From a bacterium (GTDB lineage Bacteria > BMS3Abin14), in assembly GCA_029210965.1 (NCBI GenBank), contig JARGFZ010000003.1:55893-119892 (forward strand): DNA of 64,000 bases. The letters run 5' to 3'. Each line of letters starts with the position of its first letter. Position 1 is the first letter of the stretch. The position numbers were made by a program, and so were the translations under genes. The notes beneath the pieces are model-generated. The model saw only the letters and a list, made by a program, of their open reading frames with translations, did not search any database and was not told the origin of the DNA. Positions 1-10,117 of this stretch are shown one piece after another.

Positions 1-361
1 GCAATATCCTCTGGGCAGGGGATACATCATCGTAGACTATCAACCCGTTCTGCGTCCGGTGTATGAGGGCGGTCCTGCGAAGCCCTCTCTGCCTCAGCTC
101 CTGGGGTATCTCCCGGGCATTCTCCAGACCAGGAAAGAACGCGACGAGAATAGCTCGATCTCTCATGCCAAAACCAACTTCATCACTTTAAAGCGACCTC
201 CTTTATAATACCACCCGTTAAAAGAAAGTTGGGACCCGTTATGTCCTATGTGGAGATAAAGTTCCGTGTTCCAGATTACAGGAATCGCATCCCGAGGCAT
301 TAGTTCGAGGAATTGTCGTTGATCTGTCTGATTTCTGGCTACTGATAACTGTGTACCAAGT

Positions 362-868
362 TCAATTAAAATCCTTCGCTTGTCCATCCCAATCCAGTTC
401 CTTGAGCGCCTTGCGGTTCTCTTTGGAGAGGAGGGGTTTAGTGTGACCCTGGAACCAGCTGACAACCAGGGCACTGTGGCGGCCAGCCTTTTTATCAAGG
501 GGGGTGGATTCAAAAAGAGCTGTCACCTTGTAGACCGGCAGGGAGGTCTGGTCAGCAGATTGATACTCGTACCGTCCCAGTAGTACGGAAGGGAAATCTC
601 TTTTCCAGAGGACCTTCGCGGGGTATTCGCCCCAGAGAAGTTCGAGTTTGATCTCGTTTATCCGGTCCCCTTCGCTGAAGATCTTCGTGTAGGTTCCGTA
701 GGTAAAACCAACATGGAGTTGGACTGCCATGATCCTCCTGCCGGATTTCAGCAGGACATCCAGGAGCGGTATTGGCATAGGAATGCGTTTTTTGGTTAAG
801 AACATGAGGCAATAATAACAGGAAAGTGCGTGAAGCAGTAGCAGTAGAAGTATTAGCAGAAGGGGCAA
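362..868 (-). CDS. hypothetical membrane-anchored protein (N-terminal hydrophobic segment)
   Basis: 168-aa ORF with protein-like composition and N-terminal TM/signal segment; overlapping ORF 163..513 looks non-coding. Confidence 0.4.
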   Translation of the reverse strand: MPLLLILLLLLLHALSCYYCLMFLTKKRIPMPIPLLDVLLKSGRRIMAVQLHVGFTYGTYTKIFSEGDRINEIKLELLWGEYPAKVLWKRDFPSVLLGRYEYQSADQTSLPVYKVTALFESTPLDKKAGRHSALVVSWFQGHTKPLLSKENRKALKELDWDGQAKDFN

Positions 869-1001
869 GCCAATTGAAAAGAGGTGATTTCTTCAGAAAA
901 TTAACCGGCTCCAGTGCTCTGCATTCTCGATCTTTATCAATTATTCTAAATTCATTCCACCTCTGTGACAAGGACCATTGCTGCTCTTACTGCTCTTGCA
1001 T

Positions 1002-1035
1002 AAAAAAAGCCCCGCCGGCTTACGCCGGCGGGGCT
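1002..1035 (-). terminator. rho-independent terminator of csp
   Basis: perfect GC hairpin agccccgccggc-ttac-gccggcggggct; on the minus strand it is followed by a U-run (plus-strand A7 at 1002-1008). Confidence 0.8.
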
Positions 1036-1061
1036 TTCAGGTGGTCTCTAAGCGAAGCTGC

Positions 1062-1262
1062 TTACAGAGCCGAGACGCTGCTTGCCTGGGGGCCCTTGGG
1101 GCCGTCCGTAACCTCGAAGGTCACTCTCTGGCCTTCTTCAAGGGTTTTGAAACCGTCGCCCGAGATAGCCGAGAAGTGCACGAATACGTCGGGACCCTCA
1201 GTCTGCTCGATGAATCCGAAACCTTTTGAATCGCTGAACCACTTTACTGTTCCTTCTGCCAT
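1062..1262 (-). CDS. csp: cold-shock protein (CspA family, 66 aa)
   Basis: [19 protein letters not shown]...VFVHFSAI... is the canonical CSD sequence; start placed at the internal ATG giving the typical 66-aa length; followed by a rho-independent terminator. Confidence 0.9.
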   Translation of the reverse strand: MAEGTVKWFSDSKGFGFIEQTEGPDVFVHFSAISGDGFKTLEEGQRVTFEVTDGPKGPQASSVSAL

Positions 1263-1588
1263 TTTTCTACTCCTTGTGTTCTTTTGTAGTCCTTCGGAAC
1301 AGCCCAGCAAGGTCCTTCGAAACAAACGGCCCTGGACGTAAAACCCAGGACCGATGATCATCATCCTTCAAGCTTTTCCGCACTTACTACAAAAACAATT
1401 AAATTGCTCATGGGGAAATTCCCAGAAGCAAACGGATTCATACACCCAATCCATGTTAATTGCAAGGGGATAATCAGCATTTCAGCAGAAAATAATAGAA
1501 AGAAAAAGTAACCTTAATGGCAGGAAGTAGTGGTAACAGGAAAGATCTTTATGTGTCTCCTGTTTTCCTGCTACTACTACTATTACTA

Positions 1589-2197
1589 TTACCCGTTATT
1601 ATTACCCCTCCTCCACGGGAAAAACATTGGCACTCGTTTCTTATAATCACGGTATTCTTCGCCGAACTCCTCAACAAGCTTTCTTTCCTCCAAAACTGTC
1701 CCAACAAACAGATATGCAGTCAGGACAGCGTTGGTTACCAAAACTGTTATGTCCAGAGGCCTGGCCCATAGGATGAGTATAGCCGCCATATACCATGGGT
1801 GTCGGATCACTCCAAGTATACCGGAGGTATCTATCCCACCAGTCTCAGTGAGGCCCTTTTTCGATTCGTTCTCCGTCGCCTGGCGGATACCCAGAAATTG
1901 CCACAGGTCATAGTGCTTACCGCCTGCATAAAAAAGGACAATGGCACCCATGACAAGGAACAACTGAACCGGACGCCACGCCCCGGACCAGGAGAAGAAA
2001 GGATCACCTCGAAGGGAATTGGAATAGATCAAAACAGGGGTCAGGGTCAAGATGGAGACAAGGTTGAAGAAAACCCTGTGAAAACGATAACGGTCCTTAT
2101 ACCTCTCTTTAAGACGCGAAACCACAACCCGGGATATAAGGAGGCTGTGCAGGGCACACCAGAGGGACCAGAGAAGTGCGAGATAGAATAATTTCAA
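1589..2197 (-). CDS. membrane methyltransferase, ICMT/PEMT (isoprenylcysteine carboxyl methyltransferase) family
   Basis: multi-TM protein with the RHPxY...EE motif (GVIRHPWYMAAIL ... EERKLVEEFGEEY) typical of the ICMT/PEMT/NnrU-like family. Confidence 0.7.
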   Translation of the reverse strand: MKLFYLALLWSLWCALHSLLISRVVVSRLKERYKDRYRFHRVFFNLVSILTLTPVLIYSNSLRGDPFFSWSGAWRPVQLFLVMGAIVLFYAGGKHYDLWQFLGIRQATENESKKGLTETGGIDTSGILGVIRHPWYMAAILILWARPLDITVLVTNAVLTAYLFVGTVLEERKLVEEFGEEYRDYKKRVPMFFPWRRGNNNG

Positions 2198-2751
2198 ATT
2201 TCATCCGCCATCGCTAACGCCCGCCGACCAGCTATGGCGGACAAGAATTTCAGATTTCAAAGTGAATTCCTAGTCGCCATCTCATAATCTGAAGGAGGAA
2301 TAGGGAAGGAGGAAGGAAGAAAAAAACCTTAACCTTCGCCCACCATCTTTCTCCTTTCATCATTCTGCCAAATTTCAATAACATGATCTCACCCGATCTT
2401 CAAACTGGTCATGGAGACGGAGCGCAGATCAATGGATTTATTATAATATTCCAACGGTTCCGACAAATCCGAGGCACCCGGGACGGTGAACAGGGGCAGA
2501 AACTACCAGCGAAAGCAAAACCAGCAGGTACATTACTCTTATCATTGCTTCACATCCCGCACCCTTTTCACCCAGTAACATAAAATTACCATGGATAAAG
2601 GGCCCATATAGCAATATTTCTTACTTATTTGGTAAAGATACTGCGTTGTACGGAGTTGTCAAGGTGAGATGAGCGCGTTTAGACAGTTCTTGGTCATTTT
2701 TCTGCTAAACTGTAAGTACACTCTCACAACGTACTGATAGGGAGGTTTTTC

Positions 2752-3216
2752 ATGGGGCTTTTTTATCGAACACCATTGCTAATACTTATACTAATACTAA
2801 TACTTATCCCCACACTGTCCTCAGGATCCCAGGGTATGGTCACCATTGAAAGCAGGCACAGCGTACAGATAACCGCTGACCGCCTTGAACCCATATTAGA
2901 GGAGAAGGGGATGACCGTCTTCTCCAGGATCGACCACGCCGCCGGGGCAGCCGGGATAGGCGAGACCCTCAGGCCTGCGATTCTTTTCATCTTTGGAAAC
3001 CCCAAGGTTGGCACTGCGCTCATGAAGTGCGGCCAGACGGCAGGGATCGATCTACCCCTCAAAATACTCATCTGGGAGGATGATTCGGGCCTGGTGAAAC
3101 TGTCTTACAACGACCCCCGATATATTGCCGACCGCCACGGCATCAGCGACTGCGGACAGGTGCTGGAAAAGATGACCGGAGCGTTAAAGGCGTTTGCCGA
3201 AAAAGCATCAGAGTAA
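2752..3216 (+). CDS. DUF302 domain protein with signal peptide
   Basis: good RBS (agggagg), N-terminal signal peptide, conserved DUF302-like core (TVFSRIDHAAGAAGIG...PLKILIWED). Confidence 0.65.
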   Translation: MGLFYRTPLLILILILILIPTLSSGSQGMVTIESRHSVQITADRLEPILEEKGMTVFSRIDHAAGAAGIGETLRPAILFIFGNPKVGTALMKCGQTAGIDLPLKILIWEDDSGLVKLSYNDPRYIADRHGISDCGQVLEKMTGALKAFAEKASE

Positions 3217-3281
3217 AAAATCGAACCCCCCGTTTCTGACTCCCCGGGGGGGTAAGAAACGGGGGGGCAAAGGGGGAAAGC

Positions 3282-3563
3282 ATGGATTTGATCACAGGCA
3301 CGTGGGAAGACAGGATTTACGATCCTGATGGTGAGGTCGTAAAATCGGATGTCATCATTCTAAGGCAAGTGGGTCAGGAGATAGCGGGGAACATCCGCAG
3401 GGAATTCCCCGTTACACAGGCGCACAGAAAATGGGAGATCAACGGGAAGGTGATCGGCAAGGATTTTATGGCCATTTTCTGGCCTGACAACCCGGAGATC
3501 ACCAGTCACGGATGCTGGCATTTAAGGCGTGAAAGCGAATCCCCGGATTACCATAAACAATGA
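3282..3563 (+). CDS. hypothetical small protein
   Basis: 93-aa ORF with purine-rich RBS-like sequence; 65-nt convergent overlap with the DUF169 gene weakens it. Confidence 0.3.
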   Translation: MDLITGTWEDRIYDPDGEVVKSDVIILRQVGQEIAGNIRREFPVTQAHRKWEINGKVIGKDFMAIFWPDNPEITSHGCWHLRRESESPDYHKQ

Positions 3564-4008
3564 CCAGGTCAGGATCGTACTCACAGCGCCCGAGGACCGA
3601 AAGCCAGATCTGCTCAACCGCTCCCATCTCTTGCCTGGGATAGACAGCCTCCATCCTTTTGGCCACTTCAGGGTCGTCCTGATAAAAATCGCCCACAGTG
3701 TTATCGAGAAATCCATCAGGTTTAATGTGCCCTGCCGCCACGGATGCCAGGGGACAGGCGTGGTCCGCGCTATCGAATAAAAGGGTCCATCCAAAAGTTC
3801 GGGCTATATTCAAGCCCTGGCAAACGGCCACCGGGTGACCAAAATCAGCCCCCGGGCGGCTGTGCCTCTGATGGAGTTCCTCCCCTTTTTTTGCCAGCCT
3901 CACCGCCACGGGGAAGGTGGCGGGTTTTGCGTTGTCATGAATCGCCTCGTTTAGATTTTTCAGAATGTCCTTCACTTTGACCTCCTGGAAACTGATTCCA
4001 GATCCCAA
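3499..4008 (-). CDS. DUF169 (COG2043) family protein, possibly N-terminally short
   Basis: shares the GHIKPDGF / VYGNPG-type motifs with the second DUF169 gene at 46887..47654; shorter than the usual ~250 aa. Confidence 0.5.
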   Translation of the reverse strand: MGSGISFQEVKVKDILKNLNEAIHDNAKPATFPVAVRLAKKGEELHQRHSRPGADFGHPVAVCQGLNIARTFGWTLLFDSADHACPLASVAAGHIKPDGFLDNTVGDFYQDDPEVAKRMEAVYPRQEMGAVEQIWLSVLGRCEYDPDLVIVYGNPGIRFHALNASIRDW

Positions 4009-4111
4009 ATTCCAGAATTAGACGCTTTTTATATCAGACACCAAACAATCGTTCCAGACAGCTATCGTTCTTTATTCCAAGCTATAAGGAAAGGGTTATA
4101 ATACTTTCTCT

Positions 4112-4498
4112 ATGAGGCCGATTATTTCACAGAGAGTTTTGACGGCAGGTCTTTTGCTCGCCCTCATTCAAGCCGGGTGTCACCCTACCTCCAGACTATT
4201 GACGATAGTGTCCGGAAAAACCGTTTACGGGAAAATGGCCATGGAGGATACCGATATTGCAGTTTACCGATGGGAGCCGTCCCGATGGCGCTATATTTCG
4301 GGCACAAGAAGCGGCTATCACGGATCGTTCCGGGTCCACCTCCCACCGGGAACTTACCGTTTTAAGGCCAGCACGACGATGAGATTGGGAGACGAGGAGG
4401 TTTCCCTGTCCGGCACTCTGGAAAACCTGGTTGTGAAAAAAGCGATGGGGCGAATGGACCAGGTGGTTATTCTTATGGTCCCGGTATCGGTACCATAA
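4112..4498 (+). CDS. lipoprotein, carboxypeptidase-regulatory-like beta-sandwich domain
   Basis: lipobox LIQAGC after a signal peptide; small all-beta-like remainder. Confidence 0.55.
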   Translation: MRPIISQRVLTAGLLLALIQAGCHPTSRLLTIVSGKTVYGKMAMEDTDIAVYRWEPSRWRYISGTRSGYHGSFRVHLPPGTYRFKASTTMRLGDEEVSLSGTLENLVVKKAMGRMDQVVILMVPVSVP

Positions 4499-4500
4499 AA

Positions 4501-4549
4501 GGTCCTGGGTCCTGTGTTCTGTGTTCTGTGTTCTGTGTTCTGCGTTCCG
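4501..4549. repeat. tandem heptamer repeat (ggtcctg x2, tgttctg x4, cgttccg)
   Basis: seven consecutive 7-nt units seen directly in the sequence, between convergent genes. Confidence 0.9.
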
Positions 4550-4672
4550 GGTTTCAATATACTACTGATCACCGATTACCTGCCTTCGTTATTAGCTTCG
4601 GCGTGGCAAGCCGATCACTGATTACGGCCTTTACCCCGACACTCCGATACCCCGTTTCCCCCACACATTAAT

Positions 4673-6268
4673 TTATTGCCCCTCCCCTTCCTGTTTCAGA
4701 TCAAAAGTCTGAATCATTTCGCTGGCCGGGAACTGCGCCCTGGCATCGTCCAGGATCTGCTGAGCTTCTCCGGTCCGGTTCAAGCTGCTCAACACCTTTA
4801 CGAGAAGGATGGAAGCCTCCACCTGAAGGGGGGATGGTGGGCGCTGGGAGAGAAGGTCTTTCAGTACCTGCTCGCTCTCCCAGAACTTTCTGACCTCGGC
4901 CAGGCTCCTCGCATGGATCAACTGGTCTTCCGGCCCACGGTAGTGCTGTCTTGAAACAAAAGTATTTCTGGTTTCCCCGGAGGACACGGAACTGTCCTGA
5001 GGCTTCACCCCTGATGCAGCAACTTTGCTGTCCTCAGTTGGGCTTTCCTCGGCTGGAGCACCAGGTATTGAAAGGGCAACCGCCTCCTTCTGCTCTCCCA
5101 GCGTTTCCAAGGTCTGAACCGGGACATCAGATGCCAGAGAGGGGGCTTCCTTCAGAGCAGCCGCCGTGAGTGAACCGGAAGGGGCCCCAACATCTTCATT
5201 GGCAATTATGCCTGCAGTTTCAGATGGCAGCGGAGGTTCTGCCTGTGAAACCGCGGCCATTTCCTCCAGCTGGCCATCCCTTCCCGCAGAGTTATTCAGG
5301 TCAGATTCCCTGACCATGGGAGCAGTTAAAGGCTCCCCCGCAGCCTGAGACATTTCGGTTTCAACTATAGAGACCCCTGTCTGATCCAGTTTGCTCTCCA
5401 TTGGCACCTGGAGATCAGCCTTTTCAACCTCCCCTATGGAAGCCACATCACCTTCCATTGTCGCGGGCACCGAAGGGACCGCCTCCTGGTCCTTTGTCTT
5501 TTGTGACAATACCTCCTGCACCACCGGGGCCGGGGCAGCCTCGGTAACGGCCCCCGGAGTCTCCACCCCGACATCGGGAGTAGCTAACGCCTCCCCCTTT
5601 TTCAAGACAGGCGCCTTTTCCTCCAATATTTCCAATGCTGCGATCTTTTCGGGTTTGGGCTCGGGTTCGGATACGGACGCAGCTGTCGACCTGAAAGCAC
5701 CGTCATTTTCACGGGTCTCTTCAACCAAAGTACCTGAAGGCTCTTCACCGGAGGAATCCGCAAAGGAGTCCCTCTTTTCAAGTGAGAGTTCCTTTTCCCC
5801 AAGGGTAGTAACGTTTTCAGGTTTTTCCGGAGCCGACTCCATATAGGTAACAGGTGCTTTCGGTACCGGTATCGGGTCGTCTATCTTGATGAGTACACCA
5901 ACGGCAACTAAAACCACAAGGGCGATAGAGAAAGCCGGCGCCATTCGGGGTATGATGAAGTTCCAGTTACGGCGGGGTTTATGACTTTCAGGTGCACGGG
6001 TGGCAGCATCTTCTTCCACCCGGTCCAGGACGCGAGCGGTAAAACTCTCCCAGTATCTATCATCCGGCGGCACCATGCCCGGCACTCCTGCCATACCTTT
6101 GGGGTCCACCGCGCTGCCGGCATGGTGGTCGGCCAGTCGGAGTCGTTCCAGAAGCGGACCGCACTCGGTGCATGACTCGAGATGCTTCTCCACTCTCCGT
6201 GCCGCACCACGGGAGAGATCTCCATCATGGTAGGCCATAAGCCGCTGTTGTGCTCTTTGGCACCTCAT
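4673..6268 (-). CDS. anti-sigma factor: N-terminal zf-HC2 zinc finger, one TM, long acidic/Pro/Ala-rich periplasmic region, C-terminal TPR-like part
   Basis: HLESCTECG zinc-finger anti-sigma motif; TM helix ~res 105-125; ATGA start/stop overlap with the upstream ECF sigma factor gene. Confidence 0.75.
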   Translation of the reverse strand: MRCQRAQQRLMAYHDGDLSRGAARRVEKHLESCTECGPLLERLRLADHHAGSAVDPKGMAGVPGMVPPDDRYWESFTARVLDRVEEDAATRAPESHKPRRNWNFIIPRMAPAFSIALVVLVAVGVLIKIDDPIPVPKAPVTYMESAPEKPENVTTLGEKELSLEKRDSFADSSGEEPSGTLVEETRENDGAFRSTAASVSEPEPKPEKIAALEILEEKAPVLKKGEALATPDVGVETPGAVTEAAPAPVVQEVLSQKTKDQEAVPSVPATMEGDVASIGEVEKADLQVPMESKLDQTGVSIVETEMSQAAGEPLTAPMVRESDLNNSAGRDGQLEEMAAVSQAEPPLPSETAGIIANEDVGAPSGSLTAAALKEAPSLASDVPVQTLETLGEQKEAVALSIPGAPAEESPTEDSKVAASGVKPQDSSVSSGETRNTFVSRQHYRGPEDQLIHARSLAEVRKFWESEQVLKDLLSQRPPSPLQVEASILLVKVLSSLNRTGEAQQILDDARAQFPASEMIQTFDLKQEGEGQ

Positions 6269-6852
6269 CTCTTCTCACCCCTTTGCGCCACGCTACCCGC
6301 AGGCTCCAGAACTTCCAGGACCCGTTCCCTTGCCCTGGACAGCCTTGACATTACCGTCCCGATCTTCACACCCATGACCATGGCAATATCCTTGTAGGAC
6401 ATACCCTCCACTGCCCTGAGTAGAAGTGTGGCACGCAAGTCACTGGGAAGCGTCTGCACGGCATGATCAATACTTGTGGCGCTTTGATTTGCCTCCATTG
6501 TCTCCAGTTGCCTGGGAGACGGGTCTGCTACTTCAGGAAAGTCACCATCGACAATCCCTCGTGCTCTGCTCTTACTGGCTCTTACCGTATTAAGACTCGT
6601 GTTGTAGGCAATACGTTTGAGCCACGGTTTGAAGGAGCGGGACGAGTCGAAGGAACCCAGCGCACGGTAGACTCTGAGGAACGTCTCCTGGGCAGCATCG
6701 TCAGCGTCGTGGTGGTTACCGGTGACGGAACGAGCAAGACGATATACCGCCATACGATGGCGATCCACCAGATCCTCAAACGCACTTATGTCTCCTGCCG
6801 CCGCCCTTTCGGCGACAGTTTCATCCTTTATTTCGTCCAATGCCACCTCCAA
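6265..6852 (-). CDS. RNA polymerase ECF-type sigma-70 factor
   Basis: sigma-70 region 2 (AQETFLRVYRALGSF) and region 4 HTH (SYKDIAMVMGVKIGTVMSRLSRAR); non-ATG (TTG/GTG) start; translationally coupled to the anti-sigma gene. Confidence 0.85.
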   Translation of the reverse strand: MEVALDEIKDETVAERAAAGDISAFEDLVDRHRMAVYRLARSVTGNHHDADDAAQETFLRVYRALGSFDSSRSFKPWLKRIAYNTSLNTVRASKSRARGIVDGDFPEVADPSPRQLETMEANQSATSIDHAVQTLPSDLRATLLLRAVEGMSYKDIAMVMGVKIGTVMSRLSRARERVLEVLEPAGSVAQRGEKR

Positions 6853-7072
6853 GCATATCTATATACCATAAGGAGGCTGATTTTATTCCATAGGAATAAA
6901 CCCGCCGCCTCCCGGGTAATAGGGGAAAGGCCGTGATTGGTAACTCGCTTGCCACGCCGAAGCTAAAAGCGAAGACGGGTAATTCGTGACTCTAAAACAC
7001 TGAATCACAGATCACAGCCTATATGAGATTTGAAATTTGAGATCTGAGATTCGAACTAAAAGGAGGTCAGTC

Positions 7073-8431
7073 ATGAAAACGAAAACAATATTTACAGTTA
7101 CCACGCTCTATTTCACTATGCTTTTCCTGTTGTCCCTGGCCATCGTCCTGTCCCCGCTTCTTGCCGCCGGATCGGCGCTTGATATGGATGTGCGGCCTGA
7201 AAACAGTACCCTGCTTTACCGGAGCAACGGTACAAGCACTATCCAGATAAGGGTTGTCGCCCCCGACGGTCTCCCCCTTCCCGACAGGCCTCCCCTGAAC
7301 CTGGCCCTGATTCTGGACAAGAGCGGCTCCATGGGAGAAGAGGGGAAGATGGACTATGTAAGGCAAGCCGCCCACATGGTGGTAAACCGCCTCGGGCCGG
7401 AGGACATTCTCACTATCGTCACATATGACAACCAGGTCAGGGTCCCCATATCGGCACGCAAGGTAAGGGATAATCAGCAGTTTCACAGGATCATCGACGG
7501 CATCTACCCCGGGGGAAGAACATACCTCTCAGGGGGCCTCGAGGAGGGTTTCAGGCAGGCAAAAAGATACAGGAAAAAAGGGTACGTCAGCCGTGTAATT
7601 CTTCTTTCCGATGGCCTGGCCAACGTTGGTGTCACCGACCCCAGACAGCTCAGCCGGAGGGCCGACACCATGTACGAAAGCGGCGTTGCTGTGTCCACCT
7701 TCGGCATGGGATACGAATTTGACGAGAACCTGCTCACCGCCATGGCCACGGGTGGAGGAGGCAGCTATCACTACATCTCCCGTCCCGGTGACATCCTTGC
7801 CGCCCTTAAAAGAGAGTTCAATATGGCCGCCAGCACGGTGGCTTCCGGAGTCGAGATCATAATCCGCCCCCTGGATGGCTGCCGCTTTGAATCGGCTCCC
7901 GGTCACGGCTGGAGGCTGGAGGGAAGCTCGGCCGTCATAGGTCTCGGTGACCTGAGCGCCGGGGAAACGCGGACCCTTATGGCACGGATGAATGTTCCCA
8001 CCGGGAAGCTGGGTAACCAGGGTGTGGCCGACGTGGCCCTTCGCTACCGTGTCCCTGTTTCGGGAAAAACATCCAGAACGGACGAGGCTCCCGTCATCCT
8101 CAGCGTTGTGGACGACCCCTCGGTGCACAGGGAGAATATCGATATCAAGGTCGAAGAGAAAAAAGCCGTTATTGAGACCAACGCCATGATGAATGAGGCT
8201 GCGAAAAAGGTGGACGAGGGGGACAGGGATGGGGCCCGCTCCATCATCCAGAAGGTCATGGGAGCCCTCAAATCCTCTCCGGCAGCATCGGCCCCCGCTG
8301 TACAGGCGGAAATGGAGCGTGCCCGGGAGTACGGCGGGCGCATCGACGGAATGGACGACATGGCTCCGGCCGAAGTGAAGGAGATGCAGAAGGATCTTAA
8401 GTACAGGAGTTATCAGGAGCTGCATCAATAA
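7073..8431 (+). CDS. von Willebrand factor type A (VWA) domain protein, N-terminal signal/anchor
   Basis: MIDAS motif LILDKSGSMGEEGK...T...SDG; strong RBS aggagg 8 nt upstream of ATG 7073 (the ORF track started at an upstream TTG). Confidence 0.8.
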   Translation: MKTKTIFTVTTLYFTMLFLLSLAIVLSPLLAAGSALDMDVRPENSTLLYRSNGTSTIQIRVVAPDGLPLPDRPPLNLALILDKSGSMGEEGKMDYVRQAAHMVVNRLGPEDILTIVTYDNQVRVPISARKVRDNQQFHRIIDGIYPGGRTYLSGGLEEGFRQAKRYRKKGYVSRVILLSDGLANVGVTDPRQLSRRADTMYESGVAVSTFGMGYEFDENLLTAMATGGGGSYHYISRPGDILAALKREFNMAASTVASGVEIIIRPLDGCRFESAPGHGWRLEGSSAVIGLGDLSAGETRTLMARMNVPTGKLGNQGVADVALRYRVPVSGKTSRTDEAPVILSVVDDPSVHRENIDIKVEEKKAVIETNAMMNEAAKKVDEGDRDGARSIIQKVMGALKSSPAASAPAVQAEMERAREYGGRIDGMDDMAPAEVKEMQKDLKYRSYQELHQ

Positions 8432-8462
8432 ACTTCAGTGCAGAGTGCAGAGTGTAGAGAGA

Positions 8463-8495
8463 AAAACAGGGCGGCCTTAGGGCCGCCCTGTTTAA
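8463..8495 (+). terminator. rho-independent terminator after the VWA gene
   Basis: cagggcggcc-ttag-ggccgccctg hairpin followed by ttt. Confidence 0.7.
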
Positions 8496-8628
8496 TCTCA
8501 TATCTCAAATCTCAAATGTGATCCAAGACCTTGAAAGTTTAACTCTGTGTCACCCTGTGGTGCGGCCTGGGAGCGGCCGTACTGTGGTAAATTAGCTTTA
8601 CCCGCTTTAACAGGAACCGCTCTTCCCT

Positions 8629-8676
8629 GAGATTGCCGCGTCGCTCTCGTCAATCTCGATGCTCCTCGCAATGACC
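8629..8676 (+). repeat. REP-like interspersed element copy 1 (gagattgcc...ctcgcaatgac)
   Basis: conserved ends gagattgccgcg / ctcgcaatgacc flanking an internal hairpin; one of four copies in the window. Confidence 0.7.
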
Positions 8677-8770
8677 ACCCTTCGCCAAGGCTACGGGTGG
8701 CAAGCAGATTTCCTCCTGCTTCTGCGTGCTGCGTCCTGTGTGCTGCGTGCTAAACCTTACCGTTCACTGT

Positions 8771-9532
8771 TCACCGCACTTTACCAACTGGCGCCAGATA
8801 CACTGTAAACTCTTCTTCCCCGTCCACACCGATGAGTTCGTCCACCTCCTGCTGGTCGTAGGCAGCCACACCGCAAGTCCCGGCGCCAATGGCCTCACAG
8901 GCAAGGTACAGGTTCTGGCACACGTGGCCCACATCAATGAGGATCACCCGGTGAGCAAGCGGTCCATACCTCCACTCCATGCGGTAGGGGATGGTGGTCC
9001 ATACAAAGGTCACGGCCCCGGCACCCACAAACTGCTGTCCCAAACAGGCCAGGGTGACCCTTATCTCCATGTTATCGACCTTGCCCAGGAAAACCAGTGC
9101 ATGTTCCATGGGCAGGTATAGGTAAAGGCCGGGATCGACCCCTTCCACATTTCTTATCAGCAGGTAGGTCTCGAAGCTGTGCCGGGCACCGGCAGACGGC
9201 ACCGTGCGCAAGGCTACCGAAGGGTGCGGAGTCTGCCGCACACCTTGAGTGCAGTAGAGAAGAAAGGAAAGTTCGGCAAGGGACAGGTCGTCCGGCAGGT
9301 AATGCCGCCTGCTCTCGCGGTTTAGGATGGCCGATTCCAGGTCTGTTCCGGGGATATCCCCTTTCCAGTCCGCGGGAGCCGGAAGCGAAACCCGGCGCGC
9401 TGCCGGATCGAAAGGCTTCTGGACGGGAGGCGCCGGCACACCCTGGTGCTGATCGGTCTGCCGGAAATCATATTCTTTGCGCAGGGTGTCTTTCAGAAAC
9501 TCCCGATGCTGTTTAATAAGATCGTTTTTCAT
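8771..9532 (-). CDS. SagB-type dehydrogenase / nitroreductase-superfamily protein
   Basis: RRHYLPDDLSLAELSFLL ... SAGARHSFETYL ... typical of the SagB/ThcOx nitroreductase-like family. Confidence 0.7.
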   Translation of the reverse strand: MKNDLIKQHREFLKDTLRKEYDFRQTDQHQGVPAPPVQKPFDPAARRVSLPAPADWKGDIPGTDLESAILNRESRRHYLPDDLSLAELSFLLYCTQGVRQTPHPSVALRTVPSAGARHSFETYLLIRNVEGVDPGLYLYLPMEHALVFLGKVDNMEIRVTLACLGQQFVGAGAVTFVWTTIPYRMEWRYGPLAHRVILIDVGHVCQNLYLACEAIGAGTCGVAAYDQQEVDELIGVDGEEEFTVYLAPVGKVR

Positions 9533-9553
9533 TTCTTCCCCAAGGATAGAATC

Positions 9554-9596
9554 GAGATTGCCACGGCCATTGAAGAGCGCTGGCCTCGCAATGACA
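9554..9596 (+). repeat. REP-like interspersed element copy 2
   Basis: gagattgccacggcc...ggcctcgcaatgacaaag with internal inverted repeat ggcca/tggcc. Confidence 0.7.
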
Positions 9597-9727
9597 AAGT
9601 GGTTTCCCCGAATTCAGCCTTCCTCTGCGTCCTTCGCGTACTCTGCGTTAAAATATGCCACCTTTTCGGTAACCGGTATTGCTTTGCTTCACGCATTCAC
9701 GCTCTACGCACAAACGGGCGGTCTTTT

Positions 9728-9961
9728 CTAATCGTCCTCGTCCTCTTCAAGTACTGTTCCCTCCTCCAGGGCATCCTGAGCTTTCTGCAAGTCTGAAGCC
9801 TTGACCTGCAGCATAATATCCCCCAGGAGACCGGGATAAAGGGCGTTGGAGTGGGGCGCGTGTATATGGGCCTCGATACCAGCCGCTTCCAGCATGCTCT
9901 TTGCCATCTCCGCTTCAACCAGGTTGGGGTGGGTCGATACGGTTTCAAGTTCTTCGGTCAT
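9728..9961 (-). CDS. DUF2007-like small protein (putative signal-transducing protein fold)
   Basis: start moved to the internal ATG with an aaaggaa RBS; MAKSMLEAAGIEAHI pattern resembles DUF2007. Confidence 0.45.
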   Translation of the reverse strand: MTEELETVSTHPNLVEAEMAKSMLEAAGIEAHIHAPHSNALYPGLLGDIMLQVKASDLQKAQDALEEGTVLEEDEDD

Positions 9962-10117
9962 AGGGGGTTCCTTTATGTGTGATTCCAGGTTCAAAATTTC
10001 AGCTAAAACTATCTCATATCTCAAAGGTTTACTGCATCCTGCGTGCTGTGTGCTGCGTTCATATTTCTCCTGGCTTCCGGCTCCCGGCTCCCGGCTCCTG
10101 GGTACTGGGTACTGCTT

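Noticed and set aside
163-513. 116-aa minus-strand ORF
   Set aside because: Poor amino-acid composition and no RBS. It overlaps the more protein-like ORF 362..868.
3217-3271. Terminator after the DUF302 gene
   Set aside because: A long G/C hairpin (ccccccgtttc…gaaacggggggg with an inner ccccggggg palindrome) is present but has no downstream U-run on the plus strand. It is recorded only as a possible structured element.
4501-4549. CRISPR array hypothesis for the short tandem repeats
   Set aside because: The units are 6-12 nt with no spacers, far below CRISPR repeat/spacer dimensions. No cas genes are present.
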